From an uncultured Candidatus Saccharibacteria bacterium (GTDB lineage: Bacteria > Patescibacteriota > Saccharimonadia > Saccharimonadales > CAZICT01), in NCBI GenBank assembly GCA_964537935.1, contig CAZICT010000001.1:6870-70869 (forward strand): a stretch of DNA of 64,000 nucleotides, written 5' to 3'. Numbering within the stretch: the stretch's first letter is position 1; every line of letters begins with the position of its first letter. A model generated the notes under the pieces. That model saw nothing but the letters and a program-made list of their open reading frames with translations. It had not been told where the DNA came from and did no database searches. The translations under genes and the position numbers were made by a program. This document shows, one piece after another, positions 17,322 through 25,493 of this stretch.

Positions 17322-19847
17322 ATGAAAATAAGCGTTAATTGGATAAAGCAGTTTACGGATATTGACTTGTCTATTGAAGATTTGGTGGCCAAAATCGGCG
17401 CCCAGATAGGCGCGGTTGAAGAAATTATTGACATTGGCGCAAGATACCAAGGTATTGTTGTAGCGAAAGTTGTGACTTGCGAAAAACATCCAAACGCCGA
17501 TAAGCTGAGCGTTTGTTTGATAGATGACGGCGGTGTTGTAGCCGGTGTCAATAGAAACGATAGTGGTTTGGTTGAGGTTGTTTGCGGTGCACCGAATGTC
17601 CGACAAGACCTGATGGTAGCCTGGATACCTCCGGGTGCTACCGTTCCGAGCACATATGACAAAGAGCCATTTGTACTAGAGGCCAGAGAGCTTCGCGGCG
17701 TAGTTAGTAACGGTATGATAGCCAGTGGAAAAGAACTGGCGATAAATGAAGATCACGGCGGCATAGTTGAGCTTGATATCGAAGCGGCTCCAGGTACTCC
17801 GTTCGCTGAAGTATACGAGCTTAACGATTACGTTATTGATATTGAAAATAAGATGTTTACGCATCGCCCGGACTGCTTTGGAATTATTGGTGTTGCACGA
17901 GAGATAGCCGGTGTCCAAAATAAACAGTTTACGAGCCCGGAATGGTACCTAAGGTCATTAGATAGAATAAAGCCCGGAAAAACAAAGTTACCTTTAAATG
18001 TAGTTAATGACGCTCCGGAACTAGTTCCCAGATTTATGGCTGTAGCTATGGCGGAAGTTAATGTACATCCAAGCCCGCTAATTATCCAAACCTATCTGGC
18101 GCGCGTAGGGATTAGACCGATAAACAACATAGTAGATACCACTAATTATCTGATGATATTAACCGGCCAACCCTTGCATGCTTATGACTACGACAAGGTT
18201 GCGGCTAAAAGCGGAGAGGTGCCGACGTTGGTGGCTAGACTGGCAAAAAATAATGAGAAGCTGACCTTAATAAACGGAAAAACATATGAACTTGAATCTC
18301 CGAGCATAGTCATAGCAACTGACACAGGCGCGATTGGAGTTGGTGGTGTGATGGGTGGAGCAACTACTGAGGTCGATGAAAATACCAAGAACATTATTTT
18401 AGAGTGCGCCAATTTTGATATGTACTCAATTCGTAAAACGGCTATGAAGTATGGACTGTTTACTGATGCGGTCACCAGATTCAATAAAGGTCAAAGCCCG
18501 CTTCAGAATGAAAGGGTGATCGAAGAAGCCGTTGCTACTTTGCAATACGTAAGCGGCGCTGATACTGCCAGTGAAGTATTTGATGAAGGAACTGAACCTA
18601 AACAGCCCAAAGAAGTAGAGGTTGACTATCGGCTGATCAATGACCGGCTCGGGCTGGAACTTGAAGAAAAAGACATAATCAAGCGGCTTGAAAATGTCGA
18701 AATGACAGTCAAGACTGAAGGCGAACTGCTGATTATCCAGCCGCCATATTGGCGAACCGATCTTGAAATATCCGAAGATATCATTGAGGAGGTCGGACGA
18801 TTGGTAGGATATGACAAATTGCCGCTTGTCTTGCCAAGGCGGAGCATTAAACCCACGGAGCGCAACCGAACGCTTGATTTTGCCACAGACGTGCGGGACA
18901 AATTGTCTTCCATGGGTGCCAACGAGGCATTAACTTATAGTTTCGTGCACGGAAAATTGCTGGATACAGTCGGTCAAGACAAAGACAAGGCGTTTAAACT
19001 GAGTAATGCCCTGAGTCCGGATCTTCAATTTTATCGGCTCAGTCTGACACCGAGTCTACTTGAAAAAGTGCACGCCAATCTAAGGTCCGATTACGTACGT
19101 GACACGGAAGATAATGAATTTGCTTTATTTGAAATAGGTAAGACGCACATAAAAGAGGTCCACAGCCAGAGCGAACCTGATGTTCCGTATGAATTCCAAC
19201 GAATTGCTTTGGTAATTGCGGCGGACGACAAGACCGCTAAGCGCAAGTATGGCGGGGCTGCATATTATCAAGCACAAAGTTATCTTCGCGAACTTTTGTC
19301 GGCTTTTAATATAGATTTCTCCCTTGAGCCGCTTGATCCTTCCAGGTACGACATCAATACCGTTGTTGAAATAGCGCCTTTTGATCCTGAAAGGTCAGCA
19401 ACCATCACGGTTAATGAGTCTGTTATCGGTCAGGTTGGAGAATTTCTGCCTAAGGTGAAGAAGCAGCTTAAGCTGCCGCATTGGACAGCAGGCTTTGAGC
19501 TTGACATGCGGGCGCTTGAAGAACACTCACGGCCTCTTTCATATCAGGCAATCCCACGTTACCCCAAGGTGGTCCAGGATATTACATTGAGAGTGTCTAG
19601 CAATGTATTGCACGCTCAACTGCTCAAAGTGCTTAATCAAACCCTCGATGTCCTGGCTGGAGATAAGCTATATCTAAATTTAATGCCGAAAGATGTATTT
19701 CAAAAGGAAGGCGAGCCTCATAGTAATATCACGCTTCGCTTGTGGGCTGCTCATTATGAGAAGACAATGACGGCCACAGAAGTTAATGAGCTCTTGGGCG
19801 CACTAGCTGAACGCGCCAATCAAGAATTTGGCGCTGAAAGGGTTTAG
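17322..19847 (+). CDS. pheT: phenylalanine--tRNA ligase beta subunit
   Basis: 841 aa. It starts MKISVNWIKQF and has the tRNA-binding, B3/4, B5 and FDX-ACB domain order. It directly follows pheS. Confidence 0.95.
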   Translation: MKISVNWIKQFTDIDLSIEDLVAKIGAQIGAVEEIIDIGARYQGIVVAKVVTCEKHPNADKLSVCLIDDGGVVAGVNRNDSGLVEVVCGAPNVRQDLMVAWIPPGATVPSTYDKEPFVLEARELRGVVSNGMIASGKELAINEDHGGIVELDIEAAPGTPFAEVYELNDYVIDIENKMFTHRPDCFGIIGVAREIAGVQNKQFTSPEWYLRSLDRIKPGKTKLPLNVVNDAPELVPRFMAVAMAEVNVHPSPLIIQTYLARVGIRPINNIVDTTNYLMILTGQPLHAYDYDKVAAKSGEVPTLVARLAKNNEKLTLINGKTYELESPSIVIATDTGAIGVGGVMGGATTEVDENTKNIILECANFDMYSIRKTAMKYGLFTDAVTRFNKGQSPLQNERVIEEAVATLQYVSGADTASEVFDEGTEPKQPKEVEVDYRLINDRLGLELEEKDIIKRLENVEMTVKTEGELLIIQPPYWRTDLEISEDIIEEVGRLVGYDKLPLVLPRRSIKPTERNRTLDFATDVRDKLSSMGANEALTYSFVHGKLLDTVGQDKDKAFKLSNALSPDLQFYRLSLTPSLLEKVHANLRSDYVRDTEDNEFALFEIGKTHIKEVHSQSEPDVPYEFQRIALVIAADDKTAKRKYGGAAYYQAQSYLRELLSAFNIDFSLEPLDPSRYDINTVVEIAPFDPERSATITVNESVIGQVGEFLPKVKKQLKLPHWTAGFELDMRALEEHSRPLSYQAIPRYPKVVQDITLRVSSNVLHAQLLKVLNQTLDVLAGDKLYLNLMPKDVFQKEGEPHSNITLRLWAAHYEKTMTATEVNELLGALAERANQEFGAERV

Positions 19848-19962
19848 CATTAACCTTCAACTACCATACGTTTATGTAGTTGCATAAACTGATTTGTTAT
19901 TGTACAATATTAAAGCTTTGTGGTTGAGTTGAGGTAAACTCCTCACCTAAAAAGCGTACTTT

Positions 19963-19977
19963 GACAGATATGATGAT
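19963..19977. repeat. left arm of a perfect 15-bp inverted repeat (GACAGATATGATGAT)
   Basis: It is the exact reverse complement of 20536-20550. The match extends to 17/18 with one mismatch. Confidence 0.9.
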
Positions 19978-20059
19978 ATGAGCTCGTCCTGAGATTTGGT
20001 AGTTTTGTGTATTTACCGAGAAAACCGATAATTATGCATAACTATCAAATCATCCACCA

Positions 20060-20132
20060 GGATCTGTAGCTCATGGGTAGAGCGTCTGGCTATCAACCAG
20101 AAGAAGCGAGTTCGAGTCTCGTCGGATCCGCC
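20060..20132 (+). tRNA. tRNA, Asp-like identity features but anticodon reads AUC (positions 20092-20094)
   Basis: Hand-folded cloverleaf. The acceptor stem is GGATCTG/CGGATCC. The D arm is GCTC-ATGGGTA-GAGC. The anticodon arm is TCTGG-CTATCAA-CCAGA. The T arm is GCGAG-TTCGAGT-CTCGT. The discriminator is G, followed by CC. G-U pairs fit only the + strand. Confidence 0.8.
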
Positions 20133-20530
20133 TAGGCGTGGGAACCGAAAACACCCGAAGCGGAATCCCGCCCCGTTTCACGGTGTGTGCATTTGCCGCC
20201 ATTTGGTCGGCTGGCACCGTCCCGGAATTTGGGACTGTTCCCACGCCACCCCGGTGGAGGAGGGAGCTCTGTACTTCTCAGAGTTGCCACTGTGTGTCGG
20301 TGTCCCCCCGTCACTGACCCCTCCTCCACTCAATTCTTCCGGAAAAGGGAGTGTCCTTGCTTTCAGTAGCAAGACCATGCATGAAATGCATGCGGCACGT
20401 CAACTTTGGCGATCGTTCAGGGCTCTCCTGTCTTGCCGGCTCCCTGGAAGTTCATTGATGGGAAAAGTGCGGGGCGCGTTTGTCAGCATTGATGGTGTCC
20501 TAGCACCTAGCAACAAACGCGTCCCGCCAA
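20133..20530 (+). ncRNA. unassigned GC-rich, highly structured RNA candidate (~400 nt)
   Basis: GC is about 58% by hand count against AT-richer flanks, and the only ORFs are overlapping junk ORFs on both strands. Perfect helices pair 20135-45/20237-47 (11 bp) and 20254-64/20319-29 (11 bp); a third, 20469-83/20513-27 (15 bp), has one G-U. Several local hairpins are also present. The G-U pairs favour the + strand. Confidence 0.45.
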
Positions 20531-20535
20531 CCCAC

Positions 20536-20550
20536 ATCATCATATCTGTC
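20536..20550. repeat. right arm of the perfect 15-bp inverted repeat (ATCATCATATCTGTC)
   Basis: Reverse complement of 19963-19977. Confidence 0.9.
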
Positions 20551-20633
20551 TATCTCCCATAGCTCATGAGTGTTCATGATTTGCGGGAGATAAATTTCGC
20601 CAAACATTTACTAACCGTGTTAGTCTTTTATTT

Positions 20634-22418
20634 ATGAAACAACTCTGGAGAATTATTCGCTTCACTAGCGAATTGAAAAAGTATTATATCTGGATTTCAT
20701 TATTCACGATTTTACTTGCCAGCATGAGTCAGGTACAGCCGTTGCTTACAAAGGCTGCTGTTGATGAATTTACCAAGTTAATTGACGGCGGACAGACACG
20801 CTTATGGTTTGTCGGCTTAATGGCATTTCTTATATTTCTGACTGATTTGGGACAGACACTCCTGAGCAATATCGGTGGTTATTTCGGCGATATGATGAGT
20901 ATAAAAATCAAACGGCTTATGAGCCAGCGTTACTACGAGCGCCTGCTGGAATTACCTCAGCGTTATTTTGATACGGAACTCTCCGGCAAAATTATTAATC
21001 GGATGAGCCGCGGTATCAATCAGATAGGTGATTTTATGCAAATGCTGAGCAATAACTTTCTGCAGTTCATTTTCAGCACCATATTTTCACTCGTTATTGT
21101 GGCGATATATTCATGGCAAGTCGCCTTAATGTTGGCTCTGCTGTATCCGATTTTCATATATATGACGATGCGCACCAGTAATAAATGGCAGAAATATCAA
21201 CACACTATCAACACCGAGCTTGATGTCGCCAGCGGACGGTTCGCCGAAGGTATTTCCCAAATTAAAGTCGTCAAGAGCTTCGTTCAGGAAGCCAGAGAAC
21301 TCAAGTTCTTTAACCGTCATTATGATAAAGCCGTAAAGACCACCAGCCCTCAAAGCAAGTACTGGCATAAGCGTGATATTGCTCGTAGATTAGTATTGAA
21401 CGGGATTTTCCTACTGGTTTTTACCTATATATTTATTGAGACTGGTCGCGGCGTATATACCATTGGTGAGATGGTGCTGCTAATTCAGTATGCGACACTG
21501 ATACGTATACCGATTTTTAGCATCAGCTTCTTAGTTGACCGTATGCAACGCACTATTGCTGACACTAAAGATTATTTCGAGGTTATAGATCAACAGCCGC
21601 ATACTGCAGACATTTTAAACGCCAAATCGCTAAAAGTAAGCAGAGCCAAAATAGAACTACGTAATTTATCGTTTAGCTATGATATCCGTCAGCCGGTCCT
21701 TAAGGATATTAATCTAACAATTGAACCGGACTCAAAAGTTGCGTTGGTGGGCGAAAGCGGAGAAGGCAAAACAACGCTTACTAATTTGCTGATGCGTCTG
21801 TATGAACCGGAAAAAGGTGAAATACTTATTGATGATCAAAATATTGCCGATGTGTCACTCAAATCGCTACGAAGCGCTATTGGAACGGTATTTCAGGAGC
21901 CCGCTTTGTTCAGCGGCACTGTTCGTGAAAATATTTCATATGCCCGTCCCGGTGCGGACGACAAGCAAATTATCGCTGCCGCCAAAGCAGCCAATGCTCA
22001 TGAGTTTATCAGCCAATTCGACAAAGGTTATGATACTGAAATAGGCGAGCGTGGGCTCAAGCTGTCAGGCGGCCAAAAACAGCGCATCGCAATCGCCAGA
22101 GCATTACTCAAAGACGCTCCGATATTAATTTTAGACGAGGCGACAAGTAGCCTCGATAGTCGTAGCGAACACTTAGTCCAGGAAGCGCTGGAACGATTAA
22201 TGAAGGGACGGACTACGATAATCATCGCTCATCGTTTGAGTACTATTCAGCATGTTGATATGATCGTAACGATTAAGAACGGACAAATTGATGAAGCGGG
22301 TTCACCGCGCAAACTGGCTAAAAGCGGCGGAATCTATGCTCAGCTGCTTGATCTTCAACGCAGTAAACAATCAGAACGAGCAAAGAAAAAATTACAGCGT
22401 TTCGAAATTGCGACCTGA
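20634..22418 (+). CDS. ABC transporter, fused permease/ATP-binding protein (MsbA/exporter-type fold)
   Basis: 594 aa with a 6-TM N-terminal half, Walker A GESGEGKTT, signature LSGGQKQR and Walker B ILILDEATS. Confidence 0.9.
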   Translation: MKQLWRIIRFTSELKKYYIWISLFTILLASMSQVQPLLTKAAVDEFTKLIDGGQTRLWFVGLMAFLIFLTDLGQTLLSNIGGYFGDMMSIKIKRLMSQRYYERLLELPQRYFDTELSGKIINRMSRGINQIGDFMQMLSNNFLQFIFSTIFSLVIVAIYSWQVALMLALLYPIFIYMTMRTSNKWQKYQHTINTELDVASGRFAEGISQIKVVKSFVQEARELKFFNRHYDKAVKTTSPQSKYWHKRDIARRLVLNGIFLLVFTYIFIETGRGVYTIGEMVLLIQYATLIRIPIFSISFLVDRMQRTIADTKDYFEVIDQQPHTADILNAKSLKVSRAKIELRNLSFSYDIRQPVLKDINLTIEPDSKVALVGESGEGKTTLTNLLMRLYEPEKGEILIDDQNIADVSLKSLRSAIGTVFQEPALFSGTVRENISYARPGADDKQIIAAAKAANAHEFISQFDKGYDTEIGERGLKLSGGQKQRIAIARALLKDAPILILDEATSSLDSRSEHLVQEALERLMKGRTTIIIAHRLSTIQHVDMIVTIKNGQIDEAGSPRKLAKSGGIYAQLLDLQRSKQSERAKKKLQRFEIAT

Positions 22419-22430
22419 TATAGTAGAGAT

Positions 22431-22868
22431 ATGAGAAGGGCCGTTAGAGCTATAATTTTGCATGATGACAACTTAGCGGTTATGTACCGTAATAAGTTCG
22501 GAGAAGAGTATATAACTTTGCCGGGTGGGAATGTCGAGGCGGGTGAAACTCTTGAACAGGCCTTAGCTCGAGAAATTGATGAAGAGCTGTCGATGAAGGT
22601 GGTTAATCCGCGGCTTGTATTCATTGAGCATGCCGGTGATATGTACGGTGATCAATATATTTTTCTTTGCGAATATCAAGGAGGTAAGCCAGCTTTAAGG
22701 CCAGGCTCTGAAGAAGATCTTATTAATAAAATGCAACAAAATATTCATAAACCAGGCTGGTTACCATTAGATAAAATCAATGAGCTTCCATTTCGATCAG
22801 AAGAGTTAAAGCAACGGATACTCACTGCCATTAACGAGGGTTGGCCAGCTGCGCCGGTGGAATTTTAA
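22431..22868 (+). CDS. NUDIX hydrolase
   Basis: 145 aa with the Nudix box GGNVEAGETLEQALAREIDEELS. Confidence 0.85.
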   Translation: MRRAVRAIILHDDNLAVMYRNKFGEEYITLPGGNVEAGETLEQALAREIDEELSMKVVNPRLVFIEHAGDMYGDQYIFLCEYQGGKPALRPGSEEDLINKMQQNIHKPGWLPLDKINELPFRSEELKQRILTAINEGWPAAPVEF

Positions 22869-22930
22869 CTGGCGCTTGAGCGTGATTGTAGCTATACTGT
22901 TTTAAGCATAAAAAAGAGAGGTGTAACGAC

Positions 22931-23536
22931 ATGGCAAAGCCACATCAGCGTATTTTTGCGCTCATTCTGGCTATATTATTTTTAGCAACATCGCTTGCAG
23001 CCGGAGCAGCGGTCATTTATCAAATTCGTCAAGATGAACGTAACGCGGAGGTCGCGGATGAGCTTAGGGCAGCTCAAGAAACCCTGAACTCAGAAGATGT
23101 AACGCAAGACACTAACGATACTAATAATGAAAATCAAGAGGAGAATCCAGGCATGCTACAAGGCACGAAACTTGCAAACTTTGATCCAGTAGGTGAAACA
23201 AACGAATTAAAGGTAATTGATTTAGTGGAAGGAACAGGCGAAGCTGTGCCAGAGGGGGCCACAATAACTGCCCACTATACGGGAGCCTATGCCGTAAACG
23301 GCGAAATTTTTGAGAGCTCCAAGGATAGAGGTCAACCGGCCACATTTCCGCTGGACGGTGTTATAGAAGGCTGGCAAGAAGGTGTTCCTGGAATGAAGGT
23401 TGGTGGTGTTCGTCGATTGATAATTCCAGGTAATATGGCTTATGGAGAAGCTCCAGAAGGTTATGAACCAGGCAGTTCCGGCCGTCCACTCGGTACACTC
23501 GTGTTCGATATTGAGTTGTCTGAAATAGAGCAATAA
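22931..23536 (+). CDS. FKBP-type peptidyl-prolyl cis-trans isomerase, membrane-anchored
   Basis: 201 aa with an N-terminal TM helix and a C-terminal FKBP domain (HYTG...G..F.SS.DRG.P..F.L..VI.GW.EG..GMKVGG.R.L.IP...AYG). Confidence 0.85.
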   Translation: MAKPHQRIFALILAILFLATSLAAGAAVIYQIRQDERNAEVADELRAAQETLNSEDVTQDTNDTNNENQEENPGMLQGTKLANFDPVGETNELKVIDLVEGTGEAVPEGATITAHYTGAYAVNGEIFESSKDRGQPATFPLDGVIEGWQEGVPGMKVGGVRRLIIPGNMAYGEAPEGYEPGSSGRPLGTLVFDIELSEIEQ

Positions 23537-23623
23537 ACACAACATGTAGGGTATTGAAATAAAGCATAAACACCATATATAATGGTACAGAGGTTAAATA
23601 TAATAGAAAATCAGGGGTAAAAA

Positions 23624-23872
23624 ATGGTCAAGAATATAACCATCTTCACTACAAATACTTGCGCATACTGCGTAATGGTAAAAAAGTGGCTTGGTGCAAA
23701 AGGTTTGTCTTACGAAGAGGTAAATCTCGATCAAAATCCTGAACGCCAACAAGAAGCATTCGAGATAAGCGGACAGCTTGCTGTCCCGGTCACGGTTGTT
23801 ACAAAGCAGGACGACAGCAAAGAGATTATTGTAGGTTATAATCTCGCCAAATTAGCGCCTGCGGTTGCTTAA
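23624..23872 (+). CDS. glutaredoxin-like protein (NrdH/glutaredoxin family)
   Basis: 82 aa with a CAYC redox motif near the N-terminus and a thioredoxin fold-sized protein. It lies next to trxB. Confidence 0.8.
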   Translation: MVKNITIFTTNTCAYCVMVKKWLGAKGLSYEEVNLDQNPERQQEAFEISGQLAVPVTVVTKQDDSKEIIVGYNLAKLAPAVA

Positions 23873-23968
23873 TTGTCATTGATTTGCTTGAACAAAGCTG
23901 CCGATGTTAGCATGAGGTAAATACTCGTGCCCATAAACATGATTTAACGTTGAAATATAGGAGTGACC

Positions 23969-24943
23969 ATGGATGTTCAGGATGTAGTAATGATAGGCGC
24001 CGGACCGGCAGCGTTATCAGCCGCAGTTTATACGACACGCGAAGACATAAAGACGGTTTTATATGAGAAAGGCGTTATAGGCGGCTTGGCAGCAGTGACC
24101 GATTGGGTTGATAATTATCCGGGCTTTGCTGAAGGTATAGCCGGACTTGATTTGGCAGAAGAATTGCGCAAGCAAGCCGAACGTTTTGGGGCCGACATCC
24201 GTCTAGGCGAAGTTACCGAACTTCGTGACGAAGGAATGTATAAGCGGTTGGTTACTACTGACGGTGACATACTGGCTAAAACCGTACTCATTGCAACCGG
24301 CAGTGATTACAAGAAACTTGGCATTCCTGGAGAGAAAGAATACTACGCCCGCGGTGTGCATTATTGCGCCACTTGTGACGGTGCATTTTATCGTGACAAG
24401 CGCTTGGTCGTGGTCGGTGGCGGTAACTCGGCGGTACAGGAAGCTATATTCTTAACTAAATTTGCAAGCCACATTGATTTGCTGGTTAGAGGAGAGGCAT
24501 TTCGCGCTTCGGAAATCTTGCAGCACGAACTCGAAAAGCACAAAGATAAAATTAATGTGCACTTCAATACAACTACCGACGAAATTATTGGCGAAAACGG
24601 ATTAGTCACACATGTTAAGGGCTTTGATAAGAAAGCGGACAAAGAAGTAACCTTCCAGACGGACGGTGTATTTGTGTTTATTGGACTGAAACCAAACACT
24701 CAGTTTTTGCAAAATTCGCCGGTTAAACTGGATGACATTGGTATGGTTATAACTGATGAACGTCTGCAAACCAATATGCCGGGAGTGTTTGCGGCAGGTG
24801 ATGTACGAAGCGGAGCCACCATGCAGATTGCCAGCGCCACAGGTGAAGGAGCTACGGCAGCCTTGATGATAAGAAAGTACCTGGAAGAGCTCGAACGAAC
24901 CCATACGCACGCCAATCCGGAAAACTTAGCAACCAAAACATAA
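23969..24943 (+). CDS. trxB: thioredoxin-disulfide reductase
   Basis: It has GAGPA FAD motifs, the redox-active CATCDG, and the GGGNSA NADPH motif. The ATG at 23969 follows an AGGAG Shine-Dalgarno. The track ORF starts at GTG 23963. Confidence 0.9.
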   Translation: MDVQDVVMIGAGPAALSAAVYTTREDIKTVLYEKGVIGGLAAVTDWVDNYPGFAEGIAGLDLAEELRKQAERFGADIRLGEVTELRDEGMYKRLVTTDGDILAKTVLIATGSDYKKLGIPGEKEYYARGVHYCATCDGAFYRDKRLVVVGGGNSAVQEAIFLTKFASHIDLLVRGEAFRASEILQHELEKHKDKINVHFNTTTDEIIGENGLVTHVKGFDKKADKEVTFQTDGVFVFIGLKPNTQFLQNSPVKLDDIGMVITDERLQTNMPGVFAAGDVRSGATMQIASATGEGATAALMIRKYLEELERTHTHANPENLATKT

Positions 24944-24945
24944 CA

Positions 24946-24973
24946 AGTTTGTAAGATATTTAGTTTACAAACT
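24946..24973 (+). terminator. AT-rich hairpin after trxB (weak terminator or MarR operator candidate)
   Basis: AGTTTGTAA-N10-TTACAAACT forms 9-bp arms, followed by ATTTTTATT. Confidence 0.3.
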
Positions 24974-25043
24974 ATTTTTATTACGTCAGTGTTAAGTTGT
25001 GTATTTTTGTGTATGTTGAAGAATGCGGTAGGAGAGACAACTA

Positions 25044-25493
25044 GTGGAACAAGAACTGACCATGTATGAATTGAGCTTACTACACTCAAAAGTAGATCGA
25101 TCGCTTCGGTTTGTGGTTACCAAAGTACTAGAAAATCATAAATTAACAATGATGGAATGGCTTCTTTTGGCTACGGTTTGTCGTGAGCAGGAAAATAATA
25201 AAGGCTTAAGCATGTCTGAAATCGCTCATACGCTTGATGTTACTCTACCTCAAATAACAGCTCTTACTGCCGGTCTAATAAACAATAAGCTTGCCAAGCA
25301 AAAGGTCAGTGCGTCTGATAAGCGCAGTCGAAGATTAACCTGTACTACTCAGGGTAAAAAGTTAATCGAAGAAATTGATCAAGATCTTACCGCAATCAAA
25401 GATAATTGGCTGGACGGCATCACTTCAGCAGACAGAGATGTATACATAAATGTCGTGAAGCATTTAGCCAATCGTAAGCAAGAGACTAATTAG
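25044..25493 (+). CDS. MarR family transcriptional regulator
   Basis: 149 aa with a winged-helix pattern (LTMMEWLLL..., LSMSEIAHTLDVTLPQITALTAGL, DKRSRRL). An AGGAGA Shine-Dalgarno precedes the GTG start. Confidence 0.8.
   Translation: MEQELTMYELSLLHSKVDRSLRFVVTKVLENHKLTMMEWLLLATVCREQENNKGLSMSEIAHTLDVTLPQITALTAGLINNKLAKQKVSASDKRSRRLTCTTQGKKLIEEIDQDLTAIKDNWLDGITSADRDVYINVVKHLANRKQETN

Noticed and set aside
17138-17662. Long antisense ORFs inside well-supported genes (e.g. 17138-17662 -, 24700-25089 -, 38175-38657 -, 47927-48307 -, 56547-56912 +, 60397-61083 -)
   Set aside because: All are embedded opposite strongly conserved housekeeping CDS (pheS/T, trxB, uvrB, dnaE, pepN, clpC). They have skewed, low-complexity translations and are treated as shadow ORFs.
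19858-19882. Hairpin CAACTAC-N11-GTAGTTG after pheT as a terminator, and the 12-bp palindrome TATTGTACAATA at 19899-19910 as an operator
   Set aside because: The hairpin is short, has a large loop and lacks a U-tract. The palindrome is AT-rich, isolated, and has no recognisable regulator family consensus. Both are too weak to call.
20058-20132. Reading the tRNA on the minus strand as tRNA-Ile(GAU)
   Set aside because: The reverse complement does give a UUGAUAG loop. However, the D-loop GG and the TTCGA T-loop are only correct on the + strand. The two G-U pairs would also become C-A mismatches on the minus strand.
20135-20450. Cobalamin riboswitch controlling the downstream ABC transporter
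   Set aside because: Short matches (GGGAA, GGAAUCC, CCCCG, GCCACUG) occur in the right order. However, the GGUGnnAAUCC loop is truncated and GGGAAGGC is missing. The best B12-box-like string is interrupted on the + strand, and the spacings are two to three times too long. I keep this only as a hypothesis to test with RF00174.
19963-20550. RNase P RNA, tmRNA, 5S rRNA, SRP RNA or 6S RNA as the identity of the structured element
   Set aside because: There is no GGAAAGUCC/ACAGAAnCCGGCUUA-type P4 strand in a compatible order on either strand. There is no second T-loop or ...CUCCACCA 3' end, and no tag ORF. The 113-nt first domain lacks the 5S loop C/E strings. There is no GGAAG...AGCA SRP motif. 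These were hand comparisons only, so a covariance-model scan is still needed.
20132-20562. Four track ORFs (20132-20329 -, 20178-20378 -, 20185-20562 +, 20187-20369 +) in the GC-rich gap
   Set aside because: They overlap each other on both strands. Their translations are low-complexity and P/G/R/C-rich, with no Shine-Dalgarno or motif. They coincide with long RNA-type helices. This is typical of spurious ORFs in GC-rich non-coding RNA.
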